A stretch of 55,546 nucleotides of DNA from positions 1 to 55,546 of IMG/VR virus record IMGVR_UViG_3300005662_000001. One strand, written 5' to 3'. Under the pieces are notes generated by a model that did not search any database, had not been told where the DNA came from, and was given only the letters and a program-made list of their open reading frames with translations. Below, in pieces: positions 28,908 through 38,527 of this stretch. A program made the translations under genes and the position numbers. Source of the stretch: a virus (Duplodnaviria; Caudoviricetes). The stretch's first letter is position 1. The number at the start of each line of letters is the position of its first letter.

Positions 28908-29182
28908 TTTACTTTGGCGGTCTTTGCAGACTGCTTAAAGTCTTGAGCCGTTGGAGCGCCTTTTGAACCCACTCGACGCATCTTTTCGCCAGAACCTTCA
29001 GCGATTCTTTGACGTTTTGCATTGATGTTGTCATACAGACCGCCTCCTTTAAATTTCTTGCCCTCATCAGCCTTAGCAAACTCTTTACCGACTTTTTGAG
29101 AGATGCCCACCTTCTTAGCGAACGCAGGGTTATGTGCGACCGCCGCCATCAAATTGTGTTGGGAAGATGATTTGCTTGGCAT
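28904..29182 (-). CDS. Small basic two-module protein
   Basis: MPSKS..QHNLMAAVAHNP module and GLYDNINAKR module joined by FKGGG. Confidence 0.7.
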   Translation of the reverse strand: MPSKSSSQHNLMAAVAHNPAFAKKVGISQKVGKEFAKADEGKKFKGGGLYDNINAKRQRIAEGSGEKMRRVGSKGAPTAQDFKQSAKTAKVK

Positions 29183-29184
29183 GA

Positions 29185-29610
29185 TTAAGCGGCATCGTAT
29201 GGGTTGACATAGTGCTTCACCATCTCAAGCACAACAGTGTAAGTATCTCCTGCGCTTGCATCTAGTGTGGTGAATGTAATTGCGCCATCAACACCAGTGC
29301 TTGCGTTGTTGGTCAATCCGCCAATCTTTTCAAAGTCTTGCTGATAAGCATTATTTTGCGGAATGGTTTCAATGACAACAGGCGTATTAGCCTTCCACTT
29401 CAACACAACTTCCATGCCGTGAGTCAGCCCTGTGATTTTGGTAATCGTTACGCGATTGCACGCACCACCACCAGAACCAGAAGGAGCCAGAGATGCTGGG
29501 TTAACTTTGACGACGTTTGTCTCACCAGTGCCATCACTGGTGCTTGTAAATTTCATAATTGCAACACGCTCACCATCCATGAGCGTTTGACTTGCGACTG
29601 CATCAGCCAT
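29185..29610 (-). CDS. Virion structural protein
   Basis: 141 aa beta-rich MADAVASQ...; GGAG RBS. Confidence 0.7.
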   Translation of the reverse strand: MADAVASQTLMDGERVAIMKFTSTSDGTGETNVVKVNPASLAPSGSGGGACNRVTITKITGLTHGMEVVLKWKANTPVVIETIPQNNAYQQDFEKIGGLTNNASTGVDGAITFTTLDASAGDTYTVVLEMVKHYVNPYDAA

Positions 29611-29628
29611 TATTTATCTCCAATTAGA

Positions 29629-29650
29629 AGTGGGAGCCGAAGCCCCCACT
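29629..29650 (-). terminator. Stable hairpin/weak terminator
   Basis: AGTGGGGGC-TTCG-GCTCCCACT (UUCG tetraloop) in the intergenic gap; short T-tail. Confidence 0.5.
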
Positions 29651-29655
29651 CGTTT

Positions 29656-30837
29656 TCAACAAGCACCACCGCCACGCTTTTTGGTTGCTGGCGTAACCGT
29701 TACAGACTCTTTGGTCTTGGTCACACTGTCAGCAGTCTTGGGCATGAAGTAGTCCTTTGCTTTGCCAGCAAGTTCTTTAACCATACTCAGAGGGTTCAAA
29801 GCGTCTTCCAGTTCTCTACTATGCTTTTTTGAAGCATCGTATGCACCTTTGGACATATCCATCTCTTTGTCGGAAATAGCGCCACCACCAGCCATCTTCA
29901 TCTTGCCGTACTTGCTGTAAACCTCGTTGGACTGAGCCTTAGCCTGCTTCATGGCAGTCTTGTTCTCAGCCGCAAAGTTCTTTTGCAAGCGACCTTCAGC
30001 GGGGGTGACTTTGCCACCCTTTTTAAAAGTACCAGACAATTGATTGATGCTCACGGGTGTTGATGGCTTTTTAGCGCCTTGGGGCATCGCGACGGGTTTG
30101 CCTGAATTAACAGTTCCCCCCGTCGCGTAGGCTTTTTTTGAGGTTTTGCCTCCCGCTTTGTAGCCACCAGCGTTACCTAGTGCAACGCCACCAGTAGCGT
30201 AACCACCGCCGTTACCGTTCTTCACATCGCCAGTTTTGCCACTGGATTTGCCAGTGTACTCAGCAGTGTGCATCAAAGTATCGCGGTACTTACCGCCTTG
30301 ATTTTCGGTATTGATGATGCCGTTACCAGTCACGCCACCTTTGGCGTACTTCTTAACGTCTCCACCCTTTTTGTAACCACCACCATTGCCAAGGGCAACA
30401 CCGCCAGTTTTTAGACCTTTGTGACCCTTGCTGGCAGGCTTGGACTCGTGAGACTTCAGTTCTTTCTCAAGACCCTTCATCTTTGACATCTCAGCCTTGT
30501 GCGTCGCTTTAGACTCACCGCCCTCAGCCTTGCCACCTTTTTTCATTGGAGGCATAGCCATAGGAGCGGCGGCAGGTTTCTTGGGCATCATCGCCTTGCG
30601 ACGTGAAGCCATAGAGGGCTTGCCCGGTGCGCGAACAGGAGCGTTAACAGCAGGACGACCAATCAAAGCGGGTGTGCCAGACATCATGTCCATAGCACCA
30701 CCACCCATAGCCATCTTTTTGTGACCACCCTCAGCCATACCGCCTTTTTTCATGTTGACGTGACCGCCTTTTTTGAGTTTCAGAATAACTGAAGGCTCAG
30801 TGGTCTCCATTTTGACCATTGGTTTAAATTGTCCCAT
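29656..30837 (-). CDS. Basic Lys/Gly/Met-rich protein built of xKxGG/xAxGG repeats
   Basis: 393 aa with at least 13 hydrophobic-[AK]-x-GG motifs; AAGGAG RBS. Confidence 0.8.
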   Translation of the reverse strand: MGQFKPMVKMETTEPSVILKLKKGGHVNMKKGGMAEGGHKKMAMGGGAMDMMSGTPALIGRPAVNAPVRAPGKPSMASRRKAMMPKKPAAAPMAMPPMKKGGKAEGGESKATHKAEMSKMKGLEKELKSHESKPASKGHKGLKTGGVALGNGGGYKKGGDVKKYAKGGVTGNGIINTENQGGKYRDTLMHTAEYTGKSSGKTGDVKNGNGGGYATGGVALGNAGGYKAGGKTSKKAYATGGTVNSGKPVAMPQGAKKPSTPVSINQLSGTFKKGGKVTPAEGRLQKNFAAENKTAMKQAKAQSNEVYSKYGKMKMAGGGAISDKEMDMSKGAYDASKKHSRELEDALNPLSMVKELAGKAKDYFMPKTADSVTKTKESVTVTPATKKRGGGAC

Positions 30838-30848
30838 GTCGGTCTCCT

Positions 30849-32096
30849 TTAGGCTTGAGTTACGCCGAGAGCGCCAACGCGAGTCGCGTTAGGCCCAACA
30901 GCGATGGCTGGCAACAAGATTCCCACTACGGTGCGAACGATACCGTTCGACGCAGTAGCAGGGGTGTATGTACCGCGAACGTCACCAGTGGTAGTCGTAG
31001 CAGTTGCAGTGTCAGCGGCGACAAAAACACCACCATCTTGCGCCAAAGCGTTGTTGCTCTTCACGCTTGCCACATAAGCAATGTTAGGAACACGAACTGG
31101 ACAACCCAACACGTTGGTTGTACCAACAGTCAGAGCAGTACCAGTAGCGCCACTCACGCTCACAGAAGTAACAAGGTAGAAGGCTTTCAAACCACTTACA
31201 GCGGTGCTGACAGCGGCGCTCGAAGTGATTGCTTCGCTCATCGCTTGACCGTAAACGTCAAAACCAGACACAGTCACAGTTACGGGAGCCACACCCAAGG
31301 TGTAGGTCAAACCTGTTGGTGTGCCTGCGGTGGTCACAACCGCCGCGCCTGCCGTTGTGGTCAGAGTCGCAGAAGTCGCTGTCACAGCGGTCAGGATGTA
31401 GGTTGTTGGGTCTGTGTAGCCTGTGATAGTACCTGTGCCACCTAAAGTGCCAGAAATAGTCAAACGCTGACCAGTTACCAAACCAGATTGCGAGGTAAAG
31501 GTAATACCGCCTGATGTGTTTGCAATTACAACGCTAGACAAAGTGGCAACAGCGGCGGTTGCAGTTGTCACGCGAACACCGCGAGGAACATCAAGCGAAA
31601 ACGCAGAAGTGCCAGCGGTTGTGGTGACTGACTTCACAGAAGTGCCAGCAGTCAACGTCAACGCACCAGCAACGGTAGGAGTTTGTGAAGCGGCAATGTT
31701 GTTTGCAATAGCGGCTTGAGGAACCACATCCCACACATAGATGCGACCCAATGGGCCAACACCAATGCTCATTGGGGATGGATTTTCAAAAGGCTCTAAG
31801 TCATGCAAAGTCAACGCAACAGTGTTTGCAATGTTGATTGCTTGATTGAGGGTATAAGTACCAGCGCCACCAGTACCAGTGCCAAAGGCAGTGATAAAAG
31901 TACCGTCAGTCACGCCAGCACCATCGACATACATACCAACCACGATTGGAGCGCCAAAGCCCACAGAGGTGATTGTCAGTGTTGAGGAGGAAACGCTACC
32001 AGTACCACCGATTGCGGTAGTAGAGGCGTTGCGCAAGCCCGTACCCATGTACGTTTGGGCTGGGCCTAGAAATAGGTCATCTGAATATTGAGGCAT
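30849..32096 (-). CDS. Capsid decoration/structural protein
   Basis: T/A/G-rich; start MPQYSDD at 32096 with AAGGAG; follows the capsid gene. Confidence 0.7.
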   Translation of the reverse strand: MPQYSDDLFLGPAQTYMGTGLRNASTTAIGGTGSVSSSTLTITSVGFGAPIVVGMYVDGAGVTDGTFITAFGTGTGGAGTYTLNQAINIANTVALTLHDLEPFENPSPMSIGVGPLGRIYVWDVVPQAAIANNIAASQTPTVAGALTLTAGTSVKSVTTTAGTSAFSLDVPRGVRVTTATAAVATLSSVVIANTSGGITFTSQSGLVTGQRLTISGTLGGTGTITGYTDPTTYILTAVTATSATLTTTAGAAVVTTAGTPTGLTYTLGVAPVTVTVSGFDVYGQAMSEAITSSAAVSTAVSGLKAFYLVTSVSVSGATGTALTVGTTNVLGCPVRVPNIAYVASVKSNNALAQDGGVFVAADTATATTTTGDVRGTYTPATASNGIVRTVVGILLPAIAVGPNATRVGALGVTQA

Positions 32097-32136
32097 TTTG
32101 TCTGCTCCTTGAAAAGTTTGACAAATACAAATTAAC

Positions 32137-32170
32137 AAAAAAAGGGGCTGGGTGTTATCCCAACCCCCTT
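32137..32170 (-). terminator. Intrinsic terminator after the major capsid gene
   Basis: GGGGTTGGG-ATAACA-CCCAGCCCC then TTTTTTT. Confidence 0.85.
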
Positions 32171-32177
32171 GGCGTTT

Positions 32178-33092
32178 TTACACGCCGGGTGTGCCGTAAA
32201 CGGCGCGTGGGTCAGTGAAACCCACTTGGTAACGCTCGGTAGCCTTGTAGCGCATGGAGTCGGTTTCAAAATCGCCTTCCATAGTCTTTTCCAGCTTACG
32301 ACGCATCAACAATTTCATGCCTTCTGGAGCATCTGTCTGCACCCACCAAGCGGTAGATGAAGTCAAACGAGACAGAACAGCCGCGCCTTCGTCAAGCAAG
32401 CCAATTGACTTGATTGGGTTGACGTCGTTGTTGCCTGTACCTGCACGCAGGACAGATTTCAACAGAACTTCAGCTTGGAAGACGTTGCCCGGAGCCACAA
32501 TCAACTGACGTGGAACCAAACGAATCTTCTTACCGTTGTTGTCCACAGCTTGGCGAATCTGAATCAACATCTGCTCAAGCGATGTCTGGCTCAGGTTAGC
32601 GGCGGTGGTCAGCAAGTTGCTGAAAGTACCGTTAACGATGGGGTGTGAAGCACTGTTCAGTGCCACGCCGTCACCGCCGGGGTACGCGCTGTTGAAAGCG
32701 CGGTTCAACACGTTTGCCGCCAAAGTCTCTTTGGTCTCAATCAAAGACTGAGCCAAGTGACGGGCGTAAACCTGACCGATACGGATATGGTCACCGTCTT
32801 CAACCAACACTTTGGTCAATGCGAAGGCGAGGCCAAACACGTTGTACACATAGCGTTGCAAGAAGAGAACACCACCCTGCTGATACGAAACAGGAGTTCC
32901 GTCAGGCAGTTGAGGTGCGGCTCCAAATCCATAAAGGACTGGTTCTTCGTGGTAGTTACGGGGGATACCTTCTTGTTCACGGAAAACTCGTGACCATTCA
33001 TCGGTACGTTGGTCATAGACTCCATCGAAGCATTCGTTGAGAATTGGTTCAACGATGCTTCTAAAGTCCGTACTGCGCATTGGAGCGGCCAT
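32178..33092 (-). CDS. Major capsid protein (HK97 fold)
   Basis: 304 aa after the scaffold; GDGVAL.SASHP, LIVAP, DFET...YKATERY..GFTDPR motifs; followed by a terminator. Confidence 0.88.
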   Translation of the reverse strand: MAAPMRSTDFRSIVEPILNECFDGVYDQRTDEWSRVFREQEGIPRNYHEEPVLYGFGAAPQLPDGTPVSYQQGGVLFLQRYVYNVFGLAFALTKVLVEDGDHIRIGQVYARHLAQSLIETKETLAANVLNRAFNSAYPGGDGVALNSASHPIVNGTFSNLLTTAANLSQTSLEQMLIQIRQAVDNNGKKIRLVPRQLIVAPGNVFQAEVLLKSVLRAGTGNNDVNPIKSIGLLDEGAAVLSRLTSSTAWWVQTDAPEGMKLLMRRKLEKTMEGDFETDSMRYKATERYQVGFTDPRAVYGTPGV

Positions 33093-33105
33093 TTTTTAGT
33101 CCCCC

Positions 33106-33678
33106 TTAAATAGCATTGATGGTTGCGACATACTGGCTACGGCTCACTTGAACCTGAACCACGGTGTATGCGTCACCCCATGCGTTATCAACACCGGGCG
33201 ACAAATTGATGATTCGCAAATCACCAACAGCGCTCGAACCCACCAAACTTGTAGAGATGGTGCATTGCGACAAGCCAGTGGTTGTGGAACCAGCGGCAAT
33301 GTTGCTAAAGTTTGCTTGGTCACCAACCGAAGTTTGAGCCAAGCTACCGTCTGCCTGAATGTCGTAAACGATATTGGGGTCAGAGTAGTAATAAGTCACT
33401 TGAGAACCAGTTTGGTATGCAGTGTTTGCAATCCATTGGTTGCTCACAATACGACGACCAGTAAGGTCGGTGTATTCTTGACCAGCGAAAGCACCTTGGA
33501 AGGCGCTACCAGCAGTAGCGGCGATGATGTTGCCGCTAGTGTTGAGGGCTACAGGCTGGCCTTTCAAAATGCCAGTGTTGTAAGCCGAAGCAATACCGTT
33601 GGAAAGCGCAACCGCTCTATCCAGACCCGTAGGATGGAAAGAAGGACGCAAGCCAAACGGAGCATTGGTTGAAGACAT
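33106..33678 (-). CDS. Capsid-associated (cement/decoration) protein
   Basis: APFGLRP N-terminus, DPNIVY.IQAD; lies just before the capsid gene. Confidence 0.65.
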   Translation of the reverse strand: MSSTNAPFGLRPSFHPTGLDRAVALSNGIASAYNTGILKGQPVALNTSGNIIAATAGSAFQGAFAGQEYTDLTGRRIVSNQWIANTAYQTGSQVTYYYSDPNIVYDIQADGSLAQTSVGDQANFSNIAAGSTTTGLSQCTISTSLVGSSAVGDLRIINLSPGVDNAWGDAYTVVQVQVSRSQYVATINAI

Positions 33679-33707
33679 AGTCTCACTCCTTTGTTCAGTT
33701 AAACACC

Positions 33708-34247
33708 CTACCCAGCAAAATGCGGAGCAGGAATAGGTTTGTCAATGTCATTAAGCCCTTCGCCTTCAATCTGACCGAGGCTTCTGCCCCGACTATCGCG
33801 TCCCACGTTTTGCTCTGCTTGAAGACGAATTTTGTTCGCTTCTTCCAGCGGTGCATCATGGTGAAAATGAGCCATCACTTCTTGGTACAAGTCCATAGGA
33901 ATCTTGTAAAGCAACATCTCATTACACGAGATAAAACCTTCATGTTCTCCAGCTTTTACACGGTTGTTTCGCATTTCAGGTAACTCATCCGCTTTCACGG
34001 GAACGTACCCAAGGCGAAGCCGTTTATCTATGCTGTCGTAACTGTTAGTTGTCGATAACCAGCAAACGTGCCATCCTTTCATGTCAGGCACACTAGGCAA
34101 TGCACTTTGTGTCCATTCGTCTTTCCACATCTTGCGACGTTCATCCGACGATGCCATTTTGTCCTCTGGAGCCTCGCGAATCGTGTCGCGACTTCCGCGA
34201 TTATCGCGGTCTCCAGCATTCAAATTTTTCTTTAAACGAGAATCCAT
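33708..34247 (-). CDS. Conserved head-module protein of unknown function
   Basis: GWHVCWL...RLGYVPV...LLYKIP; AAGGAG RBS. Confidence 0.7.
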   Translation of the reverse strand: MDSRLKKNLNAGDRDNRGSRDTIREAPEDKMASSDERRKMWKDEWTQSALPSVPDMKGWHVCWLSTTNSYDSIDKRLRLGYVPVKADELPEMRNNRVKAGEHEGFISCNEMLLYKIPMDLYQEVMAHFHHDAPLEEANKIRLQAEQNVGRDSRGRSLGQIEGEGLNDIDKPIPAPHFAG

Positions 34248-34258
34248 TTTATTACTCC

Positions 34259-35233
34259 TTAACCGTTATTGTTGCGTGCTTCTAAGGCGTAGCGTCGAAT
34301 CATCTTTGCTCGTTTCTCAGCGTCATCCCACATACCTGCATCTTTCATGGCTCTCACCTGTTCGGGTGATAAGGTAAATGAATTACCTCTACCATTATTC
34401 GATGCAAATTCGCGTCCTGAACTCGTCACTGCACTTCGCGGTCTAGAGCGTGGCTTCTCATCTGCATCTTCAGTATACCTGTGGGGTACTACTCTTTGCA
34501 AGCGCTTGTCAAGTTCTGTCCAATACTCCGCAGTTTTTGGGTCGTAACCCTCTTCTGCAAGGATGGCATCCTCGTTCAATGCGCGGCGTGAGTCGGGGTC
34601 TTTCCCGTTAGGGTCGTACCACGGGTTATTTGCCATCCAGTTGCTGGCATGGCGTTGGAGTTGAGGGTCTGGAGCCTGAATCGTGCGCTGATTTTGCGGT
34701 GCAACAGCGCGTTTCTTCAGATTTGCCAAAGCCTCTGCCTGTCGGCGTGCTTCAAACCACATTTCTTGCGCAGAAGTCAGCAGTTCGCCGTTGCCACTGC
34801 TGGTGGCTTCAGAAATCTTCTGTTTTGCGAACAAAATGCGGTTATTTTGGTCTTCAATTGCCTTATCTAGACGCGCAAGGTCACTTCCGTGAGACTTACG
34901 CTCCAAAACGGAGAGGCGTTCGAGCAATTGCTGGTTCTGACGCTCCAAAAGGGTCAATTTGACGTCTTTTTCGGTCGAAACAGCCTTGTGGTACTCCTTG
35001 CGACGCAAGCGTTTTTGACGCTTTTGCTCACGAAGAGCCTCTGCGTCCTCATCTACAGCACCGCCAACGACCATTTCCTTCTGTCGGGCGCGTTCATCAG
35101 CCTCATCGGAGTCTTCGTGACCTGAATCTGGCTGTTCATCAGGAGATGGGATGCTATTTGGCAACTCAATCGTTGCCGAGCCATCTTTTTCTTCCTGAAT
35201 GACAATAACTTCTTGTTCTTGTTCGGTACTCAT
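34259..35233 (-). CDS. Capsid scaffolding protein
   Basis: Acidic N-terminus, long coiled coil, W..NNPWY, LSPEQV.A...G C-terminus. Confidence 0.7.
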   Translation of the reverse strand: MSTEQEQEVIVIQEEKDGSATIELPNSIPSPDEQPDSGHEDSDEADERARQKEMVVGGAVDEDAEALREQKRQKRLRRKEYHKAVSTEKDVKLTLLERQNQQLLERLSVLERKSHGSDLARLDKAIEDQNNRILFAKQKISEATSSGNGELLTSAQEMWFEARRQAEALANLKKRAVAPQNQRTIQAPDPQLQRHASNWMANNPWYDPNGKDPDSRRALNEDAILAEEGYDPKTAEYWTELDKRLQRVVPHRYTEDADEKPRSRPRSAVTSSGREFASNNGRGNSFTLSPEQVRAMKDAGMWDDAEKRAKMIRRYALEARNNNG

Positions 35234-35652
35234 ACGAATGCCCTCACTTCAAGTGGGTTACCTGTAATTTTGGCAATCACCTCGTGGTCGTTCAGCACCA
35301 TAAATTCGACGTTTTCGTCGTCTCCATGTGGAACTAACCAGCGGTCGCCAGTCCATTTTGGTACTCGTAGGTAATCTCCTACTTCGCACCATATGCCTTC
35401 GACCCAAGGCTCCATCGTGTCGCGCTTTTTGAACGCTAACGGGCCAAACGCAATCACTTTAGCGACGGGGTTTTGCGCCCGTTCAGTGTCGCGAGTCTCT
35501 TCAGGCAAGATAATCCCAGATTGAGTCATTCGTTTCTTGGCTTTGCGCAGTTGTACTAAAACTCTTGCACCAAGGGGAATCGCACCGGGGTCTACAACAG
35601 GAAATGCTTCCTGTAAATCAGCGGAATTACCCGCTACCGTGCTATCGGTCAT
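35230..35652 (-). CDS. groES: GroES-like co-chaperonin
   Basis: PLGARVLV, SGIILP mobile loop, V.A.GP, VGD, LND.EVIA. Confidence 0.85.
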   Translation of the reverse strand: MTDSTVAGNSADLQEAFPVVDPGAIPLGARVLVQLRKAKKRMTQSGIILPEETRDTERAQNPVAKVIAFGPLAFKKRDTMEPWVEGIWCEVGDYLRVPKWTGDRWLVPHGDDENVEFMVLNDHEVIAKITGNPLEVRAFV

Positions 35653-35827
35653 CTTCATCTTCTTTCAAAAGGTGGTTTAATATTTCCAAAGACGCTTCAA
35701 GTCCGAGGTTTTCTCCGACTAGGCGTTGGTATGCATTGAAGTCGGACGCATTTCCATGCGCCAACCCCTTTGCAATCTCAGCCTGACGCGCTTTTACAGC
35801 GCTGATAAAGTCGGAAATTAACTTCAT
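35642..35827 (-). CDS. Hypothetical protein
   Basis: 61 aa, G...DFNAY..LVG; overlaps both neighbours. Confidence 0.7.
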   Translation of the reverse strand: MKLISDFISAVKARQAEIAKGLAHGNASDFNAYQRLVGENLGLEASLEILNHLLKEDEDDR

Positions 35828-36003
35828 GCGTTGGACTTATCCACACCCTTGGGTTGGGAGAAATTCCCGTGGTCGCTGTTAGCCTCTGGCATAGTCGCTG
35901 TTGATTGCTCTTTTAGTGATTCACCTGTTATCCAAGCGCCAGCCGCCATGCGGGTCTTCTGACGTACTTGCTCTGATTGCAGTTCTTTGACTTCTTTTTC
36001 CAT
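35824..36003 (-). CDS. Small hypothetical protein (59 aa, not in ORF track)
   Basis: MEKEVKELQSEQVRQKTRMAAG...; AGGAG RBS; ATGA overlap downstream. Confidence 0.65.
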   Translation of the reverse strand: MEKEVKELQSEQVRQKTRMAAGAWITGESLKEQSTATMPEANSDHGNFSQPKGVDKSNA

Positions 36004-36004
36004 T

Positions 36005-38518
36005 TCATGCTCCTAAGTTGCGTTGTGTGGACTGGTTAAGTTTGATTGCAGTGTCTTCCTGCTCCTTACGCAGTTTGACCTCGTCCACGGTCAACTCTGC
36101 GGTCTTGATACGCTCTTGCGTCAAGTTGTTTTCGGCGTTCATAGCCACCTTGGCATCCCTGTCCTGAGCGTCTTTTTGCATTTGCGCTTGGAACTTCTGG
36201 GTGTCGAATGCCAGTCTTGCTTGGTCTGCGGCGGTACGGCGCTGTGTCTCTGCCATAGACGCCTGCAACACAGCCTGAGCCTCGCCTTCCATTGGAGGTG
36301 CTGGTGGTTTGAACTGTTGCATAAGTTGACCAAGTTGCTCCAGCGCAGGCAACACGCCTTGGAACACCTGTGCGGAGTCCAAACTGACGTGGTCTGACGC
36401 AACAGCAATAGCGCGGTCAATCTCTTTTGCAATCTTGGTGTCTTCGTATTTGCCCAAACTGACATCTCCTGCGGCAAGGACGTAGCCCTGCACCTGTTGG
36501 GTGTACCAGAGCATCATGTGTTGCTTGATATGCTCCAGCGCCTGCGGGATGAACTTGGGCGCGATAAGGCGGTTTGAGCCAAGCATCGGGTCAAGCGCAA
36601 ACGTCAAGTGCGTCTGGATGTGCGCAAGGTGGTCTTGACGTGGGTAAGCAAAGGCTGGCTTGCCCAGAGCCATAGCGCTGTTCTCGTCCGCCGCGTTCAA
36701 CTCCGCTGGCTTGCCAGTGTTTGGCATCAACTCGTTGACGTTAGGAACTTTAAGTTGCTTGAGCATACGGCTCACCACCGCACGCTGGTCAAAAATCTGT
36801 GGGAACTGCGCAGACAACTGCATGACCGACTGCATCTGTGCAACACGTTGTGTCTCAGAGAAGATGTGCGGGTCGCTGACAGGAACCACGTCGCTGTTGC
36901 GTCGGAAGTCTTCACGCTTGATGGGCAACTCAGCAACGATGTCACCCTTGCGTTGCTCGTCCAAATGCCAGCGGTTGATACGCCCAAGGATGTGCAACAC
37001 ACGGCGCTGGGCGTCATGCAGGCGTGAGTGGATGGAGGAGAACACCACCGCGCCCTGCTCAATCAACGCCTGAGTTGTACCCACAGGCATATTGCTGTTG
37101 GCGTCTGCAATCTTCTCTTCGGCTGTAGTCACCACGCCTTTGGCTTCAGTCGTCAGCCAGCCCAGCAACTGGAACAACACAGGGGAGGGTGGGTTGAAAG
37201 GCATGGGCATCGCAATCTTGCGAATGTCGTCTACACCAATACCGCCTTCAATCTCCGTCACTTGCGTGATTTCGACTTGGTCAGACTGACCAGAGACCTT
37301 CGCTCCCTTCAGCTTTAGCATCGTCAGGGAGTTGTTGACGTGAGCGGTGTCCAGCAAGGCACGCAATGACCCCGTAGCGGCGGCGGAAAGCCCTCCGATA
37401 AGGTGAGGTAGCCCGATGGCATACGCGCCCCGCCAAGGGATGAATTTGAACTCAACAATCCAGTCCAGCTTGGTGAGGGTGTCGTCTCCCTCTTCCCAGT
37501 TGCGGTACAGACCAAGCACCTTGTTGTCCAACTCGTCAATCATCAAGATGTAGGGCGCGGTATCGCCACCAGTGCGGTCGTCGTCGTCAAGGTCAAGCCA
37601 AGTGTAGATGTGGTAGACACGGCGCAAACCGTCTTCACCGTTTTCAAACTGCTTGCCTTCAATCTTGGCGTTAGCTTTTTCAGCGGCGGTTTGCTCTGGC
37701 TCTGTCGTAGTGCGGATAAAGTCAATGTCGCGATATAGACCACGCTTGATGCGTTGCTTGAACTCCCACTCGCTGATGTCTTGCTGTTCCGTCACACGCT
37801 GTGAGGTGTAGAAGTTGGCTGACGCAAAAGGAAGCAGGATGTTGTCAATAGCAACAAACTCAGCGCAGGGGCGACGCTTCTTGTCGTCGTACCACATCTT
37901 CATAAACTGCGAACCACCCAAAGGCAACTGGGTCAACATCTGCTCTTGCTCGTCGCGGAACTCTTCAATCTGCTCAGTCAACTGCCAGTTCATGTAGTCG
38001 CGCTTACGCTCTGCGACTTCAGTCTTCTCTTCATTCACGTCGCCCAAAATCTTTGTCTTGGCGGGCCCGTCTGGCGGGAACATTTCTTTGATGGCGCGGG
38101 AAGCAAAGTCAACGCACGCCTCAGCCATCATTGGGTGTACGACCTTGGAGGCTCCGAGGAACTGAGCGCCACCCGGCGCATCGTCCCCCATCCCAGTACG
38201 GCGCAGACCCTCTTCGTATTGTTTGTCGCGCTTCTTGCGGGCTTGGCGGTCGTTGTCAATCAACTCTATGTACCGCATTGCCAGCGACTCCAACTCGCGC
38301 ACGCTGACAACCTCTTCAGCCAAATTGGCGTAGAAATCTTCGTCCTCGGCGGGGCCCTTAAAGTCCTCCAGCTTTACAACAGCGGAACCGTCAGGGAGTT
38401 CCTCGACTTCGGGTTCCTCGCCGGGGAGCATATCCACCTCCGCGCCCCCCTTTTCGGTCATGCGGATGCCGTCAATAAAGCGGTCTTCGTCTGGGCTAAT
38501 TGGAAATTCGGTCGCCAT
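36005..38518 (-). CDS. Portal protein (P22-like)
   Basis: 837 aa; HPMMAEA, DYMNWQL, LPLGGS.F.K, PVGTT.AL.EQG, PVSDP motifs; C-terminal coiled coil. Confidence 0.85.
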   Translation of the reverse strand: MATEFPISPDEDRFIDGIRMTEKGGAEVDMLPGEEPEVEELPDGSAVVKLEDFKGPAEDEDFYANLAEEVVSVRELESLAMRYIELIDNDRQARKKRDKQYEEGLRRTGMGDDAPGGAQFLGASKVVHPMMAEACVDFASRAIKEMFPPDGPAKTKILGDVNEEKTEVAERKRDYMNWQLTEQIEEFRDEQEQMLTQLPLGGSQFMKMWYDDKKRRPCAEFVAIDNILLPFASANFYTSQRVTEQQDISEWEFKQRIKRGLYRDIDFIRTTTEPEQTAAEKANAKIEGKQFENGEDGLRRVYHIYTWLDLDDDDRTGGDTAPYILMIDELDNKVLGLYRNWEEGDDTLTKLDWIVEFKFIPWRGAYAIGLPHLIGGLSAAATGSLRALLDTAHVNNSLTMLKLKGAKVSGQSDQVEITQVTEIEGGIGVDDIRKIAMPMPFNPPSPVLFQLLGWLTTEAKGVVTTAEEKIADANSNMPVGTTQALIEQGAVVFSSIHSRLHDAQRRVLHILGRINRWHLDEQRKGDIVAELPIKREDFRRNSDVVPVSDPHIFSETQRVAQMQSVMQLSAQFPQIFDQRAVVSRMLKQLKVPNVNELMPNTGKPAELNAADENSAMALGKPAFAYPRQDHLAHIQTHLTFALDPMLGSNRLIAPKFIPQALEHIKQHMMLWYTQQVQGYVLAAGDVSLGKYEDTKIAKEIDRAIAVASDHVSLDSAQVFQGVLPALEQLGQLMQQFKPPAPPMEGEAQAVLQASMAETQRRTAADQARLAFDTQKFQAQMQKDAQDRDAKVAMNAENNLTQERIKTAELTVDEVKLRKEQEDTAIKLNQSTQRNLGA

Positions 38519-38527
38519 GTTTAATCC

